Source: Basidiobolus meristosporus CBS 931.73
Taxonomy: Eukaryota > Fungi > Basidiobolomycota
Assembly (NCBI GenBank): GCA_002104905.1
Contig: MCFE01000226.1
Coordinates: 58,521 to 122,520, forward strand
DNA: 64,000 nucleotides
Reading direction: 5' to 3'
Position 1 is the first letter of the stretch. Every line of letters begins with the position of its first letter. The notes under the pieces are model-generated. The model was not told the DNA's origin, ran no database searches, and was given only the letters and a program-made list of their open reading frames with translations. Made by a program: the position numbers and the translations under genes. This document shows, piece by piece, positions 63,107 to 64,000 of this stretch.

Positions 63107-64000
63107 TATGTGACCTCAATTGACTGTTAGTCAAGCTTTCAGATGCGGTATTATCCTGAATTGTCAAAAAAAAATATGGATCATTATTGAATGATTACCC
63201 AAGGAAAATTTTACCAAGTCTGTTGCCAGTCAAAATAAGGCTGAGAATGCAAGTACTAGAGCTGTTAACTGCCAATTTGGACTACCTATTAAAGGAAGAA
63301 GATCTCAGAAACAAGTTCCTTGAACTGTAAGGATTCTCATGATAAATAATACATATATATCCACACGGAGTACAGATATGTGCTACACAATCCAATGGAA
63401 GAATGCTATACTTGTATCAAGTGTTTTGATACTGAAACCAGTGTATCAGGAGCTAAAGGTGGAGCTGTCAGACATACTATCTCTCTGGTTAAGTCTCAAA
63501 ACAGTAGGAGAAAGTATTAGACAAGTTTAGCAAAATCAACTCAAGAAGATTCTACAGCCAGCCAGAAAGAGTGAAGCAAATGATTGCAAGCCTAATTGGA
63601 GTATTCAACCATAAGCCATTCAGAAGATAACATAGTACTGTATACTTGTTATATATATATCACTTAGTACAGTGGGAGAAAACTCTTGGAGACATTTGGT
63701 TCTCTGTATCAGATCAGAAGAATTGTGATTGATCAAGTCATTGCCAAGCTCTGCAGCTCAAAAAGCTGCATATATTGAAGTCTTATACCAAAGTACTGAT
63801 GAAACTAACTTTCAAATGCAGTCTTATTTGATCAAATTTGGTCAACTCTGATCCAAATGTCATGATTGATCTTAGTGGTTGCCAATTTTCATTATATCAC
63901 TCTCAAATAGTTGTATATTCTGGACCAATGATGTCATGAGGACTTCTATGCTAAAACACACTGTGGTACCACCTGTAAGGAAGTCCAGAACTATCCCACA

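Noticed and set aside
2250-64000. Classical ascomycete RIP
   Set aside because: CpA is abundant and diagnostic changes are at CpG on both strands. A 1305-aa ORF survives beside near-identical copies.

Overview
Eukaryotic DNA, probably fungal (inferred from short GT-AG introns and fungal-type transposases). Bases 1 to ~2,250 are GC- and CpG-rich and genic. They hold the 3' part of a sodium:solute-symporter-family gene and a probable 4-exon small gene on the minus strand that the ORF track misses. The remaining ~62 kb is a nested, strongly CpG-depleted transposon island with no recognisable host gene. It contains: (1) five Ty1/copia elements (one with an uninterrupted 1305-aa gag-pol, 369-bp LTRs and a 5-bp TSD) plus solo LTRs from three related LTR families, with Ty5-type half-tRNA-iMet primer sites wherever a PBS is recognisable; (2) many decayed copies of a CMC/EnSpm(CACTA)-like element with CCCTATGA-type TIRs, a 2-bp TSD and a divergent accessory ORF; (3) a two-gene PIF/Harbinger-group element (DDE transposase plus Myb/SANT-like ORF, 3-bp ANT-like TSD) and its family of ~720-bp fold-back MITEs with ~345-bp arms; (4) a TTAA piggyBac-like element inside an LTR; (5) a probable MULE relic. 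Copy-to-copy comparison shows CpG-specific decay on both strands, a templated insertion, arm-to-arm homogenisation and recombinant LTRs. I found no CRISPR array, rRNA, tRNA or novel multi-gene host system. The most novel items are the Harbinger-group/fold-back MITE pair and the repair and silencing footprints.
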